DNA of 64,000 bases, taken from Rhizophagus irregularis. Taxonomy: Eukaryota. Of the stretch, positions 40,464 to 53,456 are shown one piece after another. Numbering within the stretch: the first letter of the stretch is position 1; each line of letters starts with the position of its first letter. The position numbers and the translations under genes are program-made. The notes beneath the pieces are model-generated. The model did no database searches, was not told the DNA's origin, and saw only the letters and a list, made by a program, of their open reading frames with translations. The stretch lies in assembly GCF_026210795.1 (NCBI RefSeq), contig NC_089432.1, forward strand, positions 1,364,001 through 1,428,000, in the 5' to 3' direction.

Positions 40464-41640
40464 ATGTCACTTAGAAAACGCACTAAAATTAATAAAGTTA
40501 ATACTGTAACTACTTATACAAGAGTTAAGGAACGTCCAGACGTTTTTCGTGTTGAAAATGGTCTTTTTGTTTTGTAACTATTATGACCTTTCTCTGGAAT
40601 GGAGACAAGTCAACGGTAGATTCTCGTTGTTTAGGAAATAAGCACCTGACACAAAAAAAAAAAATCAACAAACCTTAGAAACAACTTTACGTGCAGCTGA
40701 TTCTAAAAGAGAAGTTATAGACAATTTAATTCAAGCATTTGCAGGTGCAAACATTCCATTAGAAAAAATTAATCACCTCGCTTCCTATCTTACAGAAGGA
40801 GGAGCAATTCCTTAAGCTCCAACCTTACGTAAATTGTATTTACCTTCTGTTTTTGAAAATCATGTAAAAATACTCCTTTCAATTTTAATTCAAAAACCCG
40901 TATGTATTATAAATTTATAATGGATGAGCTTAGTGACGATTGTGCACGTAGTGTTGTTAATACACTATTCAAAATACAAAACTGGTTTCTGTTAAATTTT
41001 TACAACGTGTTAACAATACAACTATTGGACAAATCCTTAATATTCCGCGTTATTTCTTTCTGACTCAGCCGCGTATACGAAAAAATGTTTTCGTGAAGTT
41101 TTAAAGCTAGTTATGTTTCTTATTGAGTAAGGAAATTTGCATAATCAAAAATTTGCGCGTCAGTGAACTTTTATAATAATTAATTTAATTTAATCAGAGA
41201 GATCTGGAGAGATTTACCACAATTTTCACGATTAAAGACTTTTGGCTAATATCAAAGAATCATTTGTCAAATCACCTGCACGAAGAATGGAAGAAACCGT
41301 TATATAACTCATCTTAAAATGAATGGCATTAATTCCTTGCAAAATTCCAAACTCGGCTGACACAGGTAGGACTGGATGGATATAGTCCAGTAAGCAATTA
41401 TATGAACAAAAATATCAGTTTACCATGAAAATATTTTATTATTTTATTAATTATAAACTATTTATATAATCAGACATTTATGGCCATCAGTTTAGCATAA
41501 GCATCTCTTTGAGGATGTTGTTTATTTGGAAGAAATTCTATTTTCAATGAGATCATTTAATAAAAAAATCACATAATTGACATAATTATAACAAATCAAA
41601 CTATTGGACCAACATTATATGTCTAGTGGACTTAACTCTG
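40464..41640 (+). pseudogene. hAT-type (CGGBP1-like) transposase relic with possible right end
   Basis: ATG 40464 MSLRKRTK...RVKERPDVFRVENG, a decayed Zn-finger segment (CNYYDLSLEWR..STVDSRCLGNKH), AFAGANIPLEKI, PTLRKLYLP, MDELSDDCARSVVN and SDSAAY; stops and frameshifts. Candidate end ...GGACTTAACTCTG at 41640. Confidence 0.7.
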
Positions 41641-44216
41641 CTCGTAGTAATATGAGCTTCATTATATAGCGTAAGCCAAAATTACGATTTTAATTCTGGG
41701 CAAAATTTTTTTTTTTGATGATACTGCAATTATTTTCGAAGATGTTATGTTTTAAAATGGTAACTTGAATTTTTACAGTAATTCTAGGATTATCGTTTAA
41801 TTATTCGTATATAAAAGATTATACATAAAAGAATTTATTTTTTTTTTTTTACTCTTTATATAATGAACGGCTATGACTAATGATCTTTACATTTAAGTAG
41901 AAATCAATTTGTTAAAAGATACAAGAACCAAGGAAATTGAATTCTTGGTTATTTCTGTTTTGTGGTGTTACTCTTGGAACAAAACTCATTTTATATAATA
42001 CACAAAATTTTCTTTTGGCCATGAATTTGGGCGGCCACACAAATGTTTTTATCATGTGTTTCAAATATACATGTATAACATACAAGGAAAACGGAAATAT
42101 GTCGCACAAACGAATGTGCGTATATTTCATGGCTATTCAGAAAGTGTTACATAATCAAGAAAAAAGAAATAAAAGTGATTTTTATGACAGGATTTAACAG
42201 TGCGGGAAATAATCCTTCGCTTATGTTCCGAACAATGAAGGAATTTCTGATACGTCAGATAACTTTCCAGAAATTCTTATTAAAAGCGAAAGTGAAAAAA
42301 CTATCAAAGTTGTAACAAATGACTTAATAGTAATATGGGATTTTTTTTGAACTTTGAAGACATTATAATGCGGTTTAAAATAATTACTAGTCGAGTGATT
42401 ATATTTAAATATTTATCAATAAGAATGATGACAAGCCAGTTAAAGAAATTCGATTCTTCCTAATTCTACTATCAGATAGGGAAGAATGACCTGATGTTAA
42501 AAGCATATTATTATCGTGAAATGAAAAGAGAATGTTCAATAAAAAAGGGATAGAAACATAAAATTTTATGACACTCACTAATCTAGACGTTATAAGCAAT
42601 AATTTATTATTATAAGTCTATTAAATGGAACATGATATACGAAAAACTTTAAGAGCTGAAGTGAGCAAATTTCATGGATCAAAATATAAAGAATTAAAAT
42701 ACATAAATACATTATCGGAAATAAATTATGAAAGTGTGTAAATAATTTGATTATGTTCACTCATTCTTTGTCCTTTAATTTTATTTGACATGGCACTGAA
42801 CGTTCTGTCACATATAAGAAATTAGCGTACAAATGATGGAAATATTTCGTAATTATTATTACCAACGAATCCTTACATTATGCACGGTTGCTGCTGGCCA
42901 CCAAATAGATTAAAAAGATTATGTAGAGTAGAGAACGTAGTTTGTATTTCATGGTACTCTTGTTTCCATTCAAAACAATTAAAGATTATTCGCTCGAAAA
43001 TCAACTGGGAAGCGAATCACGTTGATCAATAATTTTCTAGCAAGATGGGCGGATTTATTATCTAATACAATGTAAAATAATTCGTGATAGAACCGATAGA
43101 ACCAACTTCTATGGTTATCTCTGATACTGATACAAGAATCAAGAATTATTAAAAGGAATCTGGTAATTAATTATAAACTGTTAATAGCAACCAATAAATA
43201 AAAACATAATATATATTAAATATAAAGTATATATAAAATTAATAAAAAACCGATTTATAAAAATTTTTAGCTACTGTAACTTTTCATACTTGCCAAATTT
43301 AATAGATTATTGCATCATCACGTTGATCACTATAGTGAAATACAAGAAATCATTAGTTCCTAACCTTAAATCTAATTAAGATTTGGGTATTATATTCCTC
43401 ACGAAAAAAAGATTACCCTGTAATTTAAAAATTCCCACCTTTCCTAAATGGCAAAAAATTTTTTAATTTTGATTTATTGATCGATTACGGAAATTTTGAT
43501 AAAACTCTTAATTATAAAAAAACTTGACCAAAATAAGAAAATAGGATTCGTTTTCTTTTTTAAATCTTTCTAAATATTGTTCTAAACCGATTGTGCTAAA
43601 ATAAGAAAATTTCTATAAAAAACTTTCTTGTATGATATTATCAAAATATTAAAAGGTTAAAATAAACCTTCATAATTATAAAGTTCATCAGACCGGAATG
43701 ACTCTCGTTCGGTATTCGATTCTAATTTAAACATATAAGTTCTCTTATTATGTATATCTAAAACTCTAAAACTTGTAATTAGATAATATAATTACTAGTT
43801 TCAATATCTCATACTCAAAATTTTATTTCCCCATCTCCTCCAAGTTTCTATTTATAAAATTAAATATGAAAAGTCAATTTCAGTATACGCGAAGTTTCCG
43901 TCAAAGATTTTTCTATGAAGAACAATATACATTTTTGTTCTTTTAACTATGAAAAAATTATTTGGCTATGAATGTTTCCATCCTTGGTAAATTTTAAACC
44001 CTTTATAATAAATTTTTGAATAAATTTAATATTTTTTAATATAATCGTTTAATTTTACTATAATGAAAAAAGAATATATAAACAACAAGGAAATTCCCCT
44101 CTAAAAGTTCTTCACTTCTCTTCTGAAAAAAAAAAGAACAATAACAAATCACAGAAATCAAAAAAAAAATTTCACTAAAATATAATAATAATCATTTGCT
44201 CCTTAAACAACAAAAA

Positions 44217-44922
44217 ATGAAATTTTTAGTAATTTTATCAGTCGTAGTCGCTTCCGCAGTGATAGTTAATGCAGCTCCAGGTAAAAATTAAATTATATAC
44301 ACTATTTTTAGATTCTTTTTTGTTAATTATTTTTAACATTTTCATTTTTTTAGTTAATAAACGCAGCGATGATTATGGTAAAAAGGAATCAATGGAACCT
44401 GAAAAGCCATATAATCCATTTTACAATCCATGGGTACCCACAGACAAACACAAACATGATTATGGATATGGTTATATTGACATGCATGACAAACATACTG
44501 ACTATGACATGAAAGACAAACATGATGACTATGACATCAAGGACAAGCATGATGATTATGACATGAAAGACAAGCATGATGACTATGACATGAAAGACAA
44601 GCATGATGACTACGACATGAAAGACAAGCATGATGACTACGACATGAAAGACAAGCATGATGACTACGACATGAAAGACAAGCATGATGACTACGACATG
44701 AAGGACAAACATGATGACTATGACATGAAGGACAAGCATGATGATTATGACATAAAAGACAAACATGATGATTATGACATAAAAGACAAACATGATGACT
44801 ATGACATGAAGGACAAGCATGATGATTATGACATAAAAGACAAACATGATGACTATGACATGAAGGACAAGCATGATGATTATGACATGTATGATAAACA
44901 TGATGAAAAACCAAGTTATTAA
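44217..44922 (+). CDS. Secreted tandem-repeat protein (210 aa): signal peptide, KR site, 15 x DDYD(M/I)KDKH
   Basis: Exon 1 44217-44280 (MKFLVILSVVVASAVIVNAAP), GT-AG intron 44281-44353, exon 2 (VNKRSDDYGKK...) to TAA 44922. 27-bp repeats at 44497-44901. TATATAAA at ~44075. Confidence 0.9.
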
Positions 44923-46100
44923 ATATAATCGTAGTATTATCATATTTGAAGGACAATTGTTTCTTTTGTGTAAAAAAAAAAATTTTATTTGATCTGAAAT
45001 TTTTCTAGTTCTTTTTTTTTTCATAAATTTGTTTTAATTTTGGTAGATTTCTATTTTTTCATTTCATATATCACAGTAAATGCTATTAATAATTTTTTAG
45101 TTATGTCTTTATAAATAATAAAAATGATCTTTATACAAATTTTCAAATCTTGCAAAATTATGTTAATTAATGATTGAATTACATAATAAAAAGATTGAGA
45201 ACCGTTGTTTCTTAACGAATTTATTTTAAGGTATAATCAATCTTATAACAATATTAGGTAAAATGGATTCAACCCGCCCATTTTGTAAGTCCTTCGATAT
45301 AAAACAGCGTTCGATTATACAAGCATTTCTTTTATATATATATATTTCATATTTTTAACATATTTTAATTGCCTAATAAATCGGAAAAAATATTATTTCA
45401 ATTTTAAGTAAAAAAATTCGATGAACTTACAAAATCGATGTAAATTATTAATTAATAAAAATATTACGGTATTATTTCATGCTATTCAATAGTATCATAT
45501 GATTACCTACAATTTACACTTAGTAATAATTTATAAAAATCACGAGATCTAAACTATTTATAATCGTTAAAATAAAAATTATGACGCGATGATATAGAAA
45601 TAATCACCCTTATTACAAATTAAGATCATCTAAATTTCTTAATTCTTTATTTTCCATTTGTACTACGAAATTTAATATGAATCTGATTAATATTATTAAT
45701 ATTGATGTGCCAAAGATAATATAGGGTAGTTAATCGGTAGATTATACTGTACATTGAAAGGTTGATCATGAAAGGGTTCTGTTTCAGGATATTTATTTTT
45801 TGTCATTTAATTTATATTATTCGCGTTTGTATTATTCCGATGATGTTAAATTAACAACGAATTTATATAATTAATTATAATTAATTATAGCGTTTATTAA
45901 GTTTATAAAAAATATTCTTTTAATGTTTGTATATTGTTCATTTTCATATTGAATTATAGTATCATCGTTATAATATTATGCCATTCATTTTTTTTTTCTA
46001 AAAAATTCATGAATTGAATATTATTGAAGGTCTCGCCTCTAAGTTATTAATTAAAGTTCAATAAAATTTCTAATCTTTTTCAAAAAATACGCTTACGCAA

Positions 46101-47848
46101 TTACAGTACGGCGGGTGGTACGATACTTTGTCTTTTCTTCATCCGATCAATATTATAATATTGATCTTTTATAGGAAATAATAATACATTAAATTTTGGT
46201 GTTATCACAAAACATGTATTTGTTGGTATTATTAACCAATCCGCTTTTTCAAATGTTAGAGGTTCTAAATAATTGAAAATGTAGAGAAGAGGTTAATTTA
46301 TATATCATCGACAGTAAAACGTGAAAAAAAATAAGTGAGATAATTTTGATACCTGACGCAACTAATACAATATCTTCGCGTTTATCTGCTTTGATCTTCA
46401 TGGCAAATAAATAAAAATCTAATAAGTAATCTGAAAGTGCATAAATTACAAAGAACGCCTTAAAGAAATAAAATCAATCATACCATTCTATAATGTCCAG
46501 GTTTGTATTCTTTAAAATTCGTTCCTAAATTTAGGAATAATATTCGTATGCTATTAATTTTTTAAAAAAAAATTTTAAAAATGTTGAATATTACCTGATG
46601 AAAAATATAAGGAAGCCGCCTCTTCAGTCTTACTATTAATATATCTAGTACATACGACAGAACATCCGTCTGTGACTGCAAAATTAAGTAGTGATGGCTT
46701 TCAAAGAAAAGAGATAGGTAATTATTAAAAAAAAATATTCGATATTTAAAAAAAAAAATTGATATCTTTATTACCTCTGTAATTCCAGCTTCTTCAGCCC
46801 ATATATTTAACTGTTCAATGGTTTTTAACATCGCTTTCTTCAGCGTTTCATGATCAAACCTTTCAGCTTGTGGATCTCTCAACTAAAAGTAATGAAAAAT
46901 TTATAATTAGATCAAATTAAATTAAGTTAAATTATCGTTTATTATATCCATACCTGATTAAGAAACAACGCAAATGCCCACTCAGAATCCGTATTTCCTT
47001 GTACAAATAAAAATATTTCATCTCTTAATGATTGCTGTAACTTTCTTTTAATCTATAACATAATTGAAAATAAAACCAATAAATTTTTTTTAATAAAAAT
47101 TAAAACAAACGATAATTCTTAATTATTTTTTACTAAAAAAAAAATAATAATAACCTTATTAAAATCTTGTATATGTCCATTATGCATCCACATTAATCTA
47201 TTATATTTCCATGGATGACCTGTTAATAAATAAAAAAAAAAAAATATTTAAAATGAAAAATCTCTTTCTCTCCTATCTCTTTTCTAGTAAAAACACTTAC
47301 AATTATTTTCGGATAAGGTCCCAGAAGTTGAAGCTCTTACATGAGCAAACACTAAAGGACTCCTTATTTTCTCTGCAAGTCTTGCCAAATTTTGATTATT
47401 CCACGCCGGCGTTACTGATGCAAATATACATGGTGTATTATCAGGACCTGGATTTGATTCGTACCATCCTAAAGAAAACAATTATTTTAATTAAAAAAAA
47501 TTTCAAAGGAAATATTTACGCATACGTGATGCATTACCTACACCAAATCCATCCCCTGGAACAAAAACAACAAAAAAAAAATTAAATAATAATATTAAAA
47601 AAAAAAGAAAGGATTAAAATGATGTATATACATACCATTAATTGGGCGTCTTGTATCTATTCTAAGTCTACAATCAAATGATTGATTTATTATCGAATGG
47701 GCCGGCCGAGTAAGTAACTATTAAAAAGAATAATAATAATTATTATTCGTACAGAAAAGAAATCTTAACGGAACTCGGTTTAAAAACAATACTTTACATG
47801 CGCTAGTTGAATTGAATCTTTTCCTTTATAGAGTAAAAATCTACACAT
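46101..47848 (-). CDS. DUG3: Class II (Ntn) glutamine amidotransferase, Dug3-like glutathione-degradation subunit (11 exons)
   Basis: Spliced translation MCRFLLYKGKDSIQLAHLLTRPAHSIINQSFDCRLRIDTRRPINGDGFGVGWY...PAWNNQNL...FAHVRAST...NCHPW...MHNG...GNTDSEWAFALF...LLNFAVTDG...VASEPLTF; nucleophile Cys2; TAA at 46103-46101. Confidence 0.93.
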
Positions 47849-48381
47849 GGTAAAATTAGATTACGCGAAAATAAAATTTCGAAAGAAAAATCAAAAAGCA
47901 TTATTAGGCGCTTTATATATATATATATATATTTCTCAAGTGATAAATCGGCTATGCAATCACTTGATAAGGATAGTAAGGCTAATTGTTTATCATGGCT
48001 AAGTTGCAATAAAAAAAACAATTCTCTTGTACAAAAAAAAAATTTTTTCGATGGCGAAATTTTGTTAAAAATGAAGTTATATAATTAAGGAAATCCCGTT
48101 GATAAAATAGCGCAATAATTTAAATCATATGATTTGACATTATCAATTACCAATGATCTCTGAATTGTGAATCAATGATTAGCGACTTGCCTATTTCTGG
48201 CCTTATTAAGGAAATTTAAAATGAAATCTATTCCTTATGAAATACCATATGTGAAATATTCATAAATAATAATTAAGATGATCTATTAATCTACAAAATA
48301 AACTTTTTACAAGCGATCATTTATTTATTCTTTTTCCCACGTTTTTTTAATTCTCATCTCTTTCATTTTCAGAGAAAAAAA

Positions 48382-50338
48382 ATGGAACCATCAACATACA
48401 CACAAATGCAAAATCAGCAACAAAGACAAAAAACCCCTTCACCATCATCAACTACAATAATGCAACCACCTCCAACTCCTCCTTCTACTACGAATAACAC
48501 TCCAGCGCCTAATGGATTGACATCACGTGGAAAAACAATTCCTATAGAGAAAAGAAGCGATATTGCGTGTAATGGCGCAGAAGATAAAGATACTCCGCGT
48601 AACCAACCAAAGAAAAAAAATTTAAGAAAAAGAAAAATTAATAACAATAGTAATAATGAGAAAGATGAGAAAGAAAAAGCTGGAGAAAGAGATAGTAAAT
48701 CAAAGAAAGCTAGAGTCAAAGACGTGATCAAACTTAAGAAACCGAAAAATCCTTATTTGTGTTTTGCAAAAGCAAATAGGTAAGTACAGTATAATTATTA
48801 TATATTATTTGAAAGAAATATAGATTTTAAATTGTGATGTCATTAGAGATGAATTTAGAATAAAGTATCCGGATGCACTTTCAAGAGAGATAACTTCATT
48901 ACTCGGGAAAGCATGGAAAGAATTAAGCGATGAAGAGAAAAAGGTAATTAGTATTTGGCATATTTTTCTCTAAATAAAGGAAGTTAATAAATTCTAACAT
49001 TATTGAAGCCGTACATTAAAATGGCACGAGATGAAGCCAAAGAATACAATCTAGCTATAAACGAGTTCAAGGAATTGGTATTAATGAGTAATGTCGTTAT
49101 CGTAATTAAATTGTATTTAGGGTAATTTCTTATAACCCTTACAGGAAAAGAATATCGATAATGAAGAAAAGGAGGATTTGAATTTTTCACATGGTATTCC
49201 ATCCGAACAATTTGTAGATTTTAAATCATTGCTCGGATCTCCAATTTCTTTCGGTCCATTTGAAGCGAACCTTGAGGCTCAACATGAAATTTTATCGCAA
49301 GGCAGAGATTATGTTCCAAGTGAAATTAAATCTAGCGAATCTCCATTGGGCATTTATCAAGCGAAAGAATCAACAACGAGAGCAGCTGTTGATAATATAG
49401 ACGCATCACAACAATCGAAACAACCGCAACGACCGCAGCAACCGCAGCAACCGCAGCCTGTTCATGATATACCCTTTCCTTGTGAAGAACAAAATAATTA
49501 TATGCCAATGCAACATTCTTCTCAATCATTACAGCAATCTCAACTAAATTCACAATCTAATTATATACAATTCGACTTACAAACATCGCAGCATCAGTCT
49601 CAAAACAAGCCACATTGTCAGTATAACACGAACATGATAAATTCTCAATGTTTAAACCAACAAAAAAATCAACTCATGAATTCTCAGGAAGGGTCACAAG
49701 TGCAAGAAGTGATGCCTCTATCTCAGCAAAATCAAATTTGTCAACAGCCATTTCAACAGCCTATGCCTTATGCTTCATCGCACATGCAACCATTCGACCA
49801 TAAACTATATCCAAATAACTGTAATAGTTCACACGACATGAAGATCCAGAATATGCCGGAGATTTCCAATTGTCCTCCAACGCAACCTTATATGCCACCA
49901 TCAACATCTCAAATTCACCAAATGCAACAAATATCGTGTCAACCTCATCAGCAACAGATGATGTTTCAACATCACATGATGCAACCTTCGTGGCAAATTC
50001 CAAGTTTTATTCCAACTCAAACCAACCATCAGATAATGCCATTACAACCTAGTACGCGCTATAATCAAATGCAGTATAACCAGATGCAGTATAATCAGAT
50101 GCAGTATAGTCAGCCGATGAATTCTTATCGTGAAATGTTACCTCTTCACAGCACTGGCATCGGTATGCCGCAATTTATGTCTTCTCATCAGATGCAACAT
50201 GATCAAATGCCACAGGTAATGCAACCACTAATGATGAATGATAAACAACCTTCGGTTTATCAAATGGACATGTATGATATGCGTCAACGTCAAAATCCAA
50301 TTCTTCAACATCATCAAATGAATTGGCGGACATATTAA
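48382..50338 (+). CDS. HMG-box transcription factor with Gln/Met/Pro-rich C-terminal region (4 exons)
   Basis: Exons ~48382-48779, 48848-48942, 49009-49077 and 49145-50338 join to KKPKNPYLCFAKANRDEFRIKYPDALSREITSLLGKAWKELSDEEKKPYIKMARDEAKEY. Basic NLS-like tract upstream. Confidence 0.9.
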
Positions 50339-51136
50339 AATTAGCAACATGTAAATAATAGATGCTTAATGTATTATAATTCGTACAATTTATCTATCTT
50401 AATATTTATAATTATAATAATATTACTTTACTGTATATTATCCGTTGAGAAAAAGGGGACAGTTTTAAATTTTTTTAATAATAACCAGTCTTAATATATT
50501 GCATTAAAAGCATATTGATAAAAAATCTTTTTTTACGTCATGTGATTTTAAGCAATTATATGTACATGAATTAAAAAAACTAATTATTATCATAACATAA
50601 ACCATTCGTTTTAAAAAATTTCAGTGCCAAGTTTTTTCTCGCAATAAATTATTTTTTCCTTTTTGAGTTATTATCTTTTACGTGTGTCATGGACCACGAC
50701 GAGTGAAAAGAATGAATTAGGACCCTAACAAAAATTTATAGTTCAATCATGTAATAAATATTTAATTAAATCAAATAATGGATAAAAATGTGCATTATTG
50801 TATCATATTTATTAATATGTATTTAAGTCTAGGAGAATTTCTCTTTATTATATTTCGATTTTATTGATTGCAACTTAATACATAGAATGACACAGCGTGG
50901 AGCAATATGATATTATCTTAATAAAAGCCATTTTTAGCCTTTTTAAAGCAAAAGCTTATATTATTGTTTTTATAATTTCTTTTCTCCATAAATTTGATTT
51001 ATAAACCCTTCTATTAGCACAATTTAGTTTAATTTTATCAAAATTCAAAAATAAAGATAAAGGTATGTGGTTTTATATTTTATTGCTTTTGCTTTACATG
51101 AATTTTCTTATTAAATTAATATGTTTTTTTTGTAGT

Positions 51137-51439
51137 ATGATGCTTTACAAGTTTATTTTTGTGTTGTTGATTGCTCATCTTGCATCATTCCATTTTGAAA
51201 CATGGTCAGAAAACAACTATACTTCTAAAACTTATCATCAAAGAGGAACTTTTGTACCTGGTTTTATCATTAAATCTTACAGATGGGAAAGTCCAAGCGG
51301 TGATGGATGTTGTGTTAAAATGTGCTATGGTAGTAGAAATGTTAGGTATTGGTGTTCATCTTATAGCAATGGTTTACCAAGCTCTAAATTCAACAAAATT
51401 GTTATTGGATGTGGTGACGAACAGCTAGTTTGTAATTGA
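51137..51439 (+). CDS. Small cysteine-rich, probably secreted protein (100 aa, 6 Cys)
   Basis: ATG 51137 follows an intron-like segment (GTATGT 51063 to TAG 51135). Hydrophobic N-terminus MMLYKFIFVLLIAHLAS. Cys spacing CC-x3-C-x9-C-x18-C-x6-C. Confidence 0.7.
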   Translation: MMLYKFIFVLLIAHLASFHFETWSENNYTSKTYHQRGTFVPGFIIKSYRWESPSGDGCCVKMCYGSRNVRYWCSSYSNGLPSSKFNKIVIGCGDEQLVCN

Positions 51440-53456
51440 TGAATTATTTACTGAATATTCTAGTCAAGTATTTGATAAAAATAAAATTTAGCTATATAAA
51501 GATGTATATTCTATATATTGCATAACACAATTAACACATGCAATGATAAACCGCTTTAAATTGTATACAGTACAGACCGAACCTCTATTTAAAACGCAAT
51601 TGGTGATCTTAATTTCGGCCAGAATTAACGATATTCTAATTCAATTGTATCTATTTTGATTTAAAAATGATGTAACCTCAACCATAATTACATAATTATA
51701 TAAATCAATCAGAGACTACTTTAATGAAAACCCTGCTGGAGCCGAGAATTAATATTTATACCAATCTCAATAAAATAAATCAAATGAAATTACTTCATAA
51801 TTTCCCTGTCTTAAAAAACATCAAGATGCATAGAGGAAGATACTTATAACACGTTAATGCAGAAGATGACACGTACAGTAACGGACGATTTGCTTTAAAG
51901 AAGGGTATTTTAGCATGTTTTCTTCTAATAAAACAGTCAAGATAGTTCTATTCAGCCAAAGAATGGTTTATTCCTTCAATTACTGTTAGTGTCATTTGAA
52001 TCATTAGTTTGAACGGTTCAAAGTTCCACATAGAACATGAAGTTATTAATTTAATCACTTTATCACATTTTCAAACCCGCAGATACTTTCTGTTTATAAT
52101 TGGATATTTTCCATGCAAAACTTGGATATTTATGAATCTTACGCATTTTCAGATACACTTAAATATTTTCTGTGCATTGTTTTTTTATAATGCTAATAAA
52201 AATTATGATTTAATCATGTTAAGATTTATAATATTAATATCTTTTCTAACCTAGTCCCCTAGATTGCAAACGGAAAAGATCAAGTGATATTAGTAAGATG
52301 GATTGACATTAGTTTATAATTTATGGATAGATTAATAAGATACCATGATAAAAGTAGAGTAAGTATGAACATCATTATTTTTCGTGTTTTAACATTTCTT
52401 AAAATTTGAATTCTCTATTGGATGAGACCAAAATCCTGGCTCCATCATTGCAATCATTTTTGCGATAAATTTCACCCGTTGAAAAAAATCTTATCATCCA
52501 TAAGAGCCAAATGGGACTGTCTATATGTAAAAAATTGTTGAGAATCGATTTTGCTATTTAAATTCGATTTTTTTTCAGAATCGACTCCAATCCCTAAATC
52601 AAATATTCACAGCGATAATTATTTAATTATTTATTTTTTTAAATAAGTCATGGATGATAAAAATGCAGCTTACCAGCTTTTAAAATTACATGCAAAAGAT
52701 CAATTTGTTTTTGGAATATATCCAGATTGAGCAGCAGATCAGTTTTTATAGCGTAATCGGAGCAATTGAAATATTTTTTTCCCAGATGTACAGGAATTTA
52801 TGCGTCCAGTACATTCCGAATTTCGTTCACTGGGACGTGATAGTCGTGACATGTGACAAATAGTTATAGTCATCGGCATATATATAAAAGGAAAAAGGAG
52901 TATTTCATAGGTCCGTATCAGCCTGATCTGCAGAATTGACACAATCACCCTTTAATTTAAAATTTAATTAGGATGAAGATAAAACTTTAACTAAGGCGAT
53001 TGATCCTAATGTCAATAATTAAAATAAAATCATTTTAAATAAAGTGCTTTATGTAGTGATGTGCAGTCGTTATCTCCGTGCCCACACATAAAGTTGCCAG
53101 ACTTGAATATACCATAATCTTATTAAAAGTATTTGATTTCGCGTTGTTTATTTGTATTTATGGAATTTGGTTCTATTTTTTTTTTCCTTTTTTTATCGAT
53201 GATGATCATGTAACTCAATTGAAAATATCTTGGCCTAATATGTTTAGTCATATTGCGCGATGCTGTGGAAACGTGATACAAAGAATGCGTTCTTACAACA
53301 GAGTATTGTCACTTCCATGCATGATACAAATAAATAAAATGACGAATTGTACGTGATGATTAATGCGGCGTTAACAAACTTTTACGTATTGATCGACCGT
53401 AAGTTTGTTTATAAAGTTCTTGTGTTTTAATTTTTTACCTTAATTGCTATTTAAAA

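Noticed and set aside
44497..44901. Resemblance of DYDIKDKHD to a 3xFLAG tag (vector contamination)
   Set aside because: No DYKDDDDK is present, and the repeat sits in a native intron-containing gene with AT-rich flanks.
44389..45024. Antisense ORFs of 211 aa (hydrophobic) and 139 aa (Cys/His-rich, metallothionein-like)
   Set aside because: They are shadows of the 27-bp repeat. The plus strand has the signal peptide, intron and synonymous-site variation.
46145..46166. Perfect 22-bp palindrome GATCAATATTATAATATTGATC
   Set aside because: AT-rich and inside the DUG3 last exon (DQYYNID); plausibly chance.
48382..50338. HMG gene as a mating-type locus
   Set aside because: No flanking triose-phosphate transporter, RNA helicase or homeodomain genes, and HMG-box genes are numerous in these fungi.
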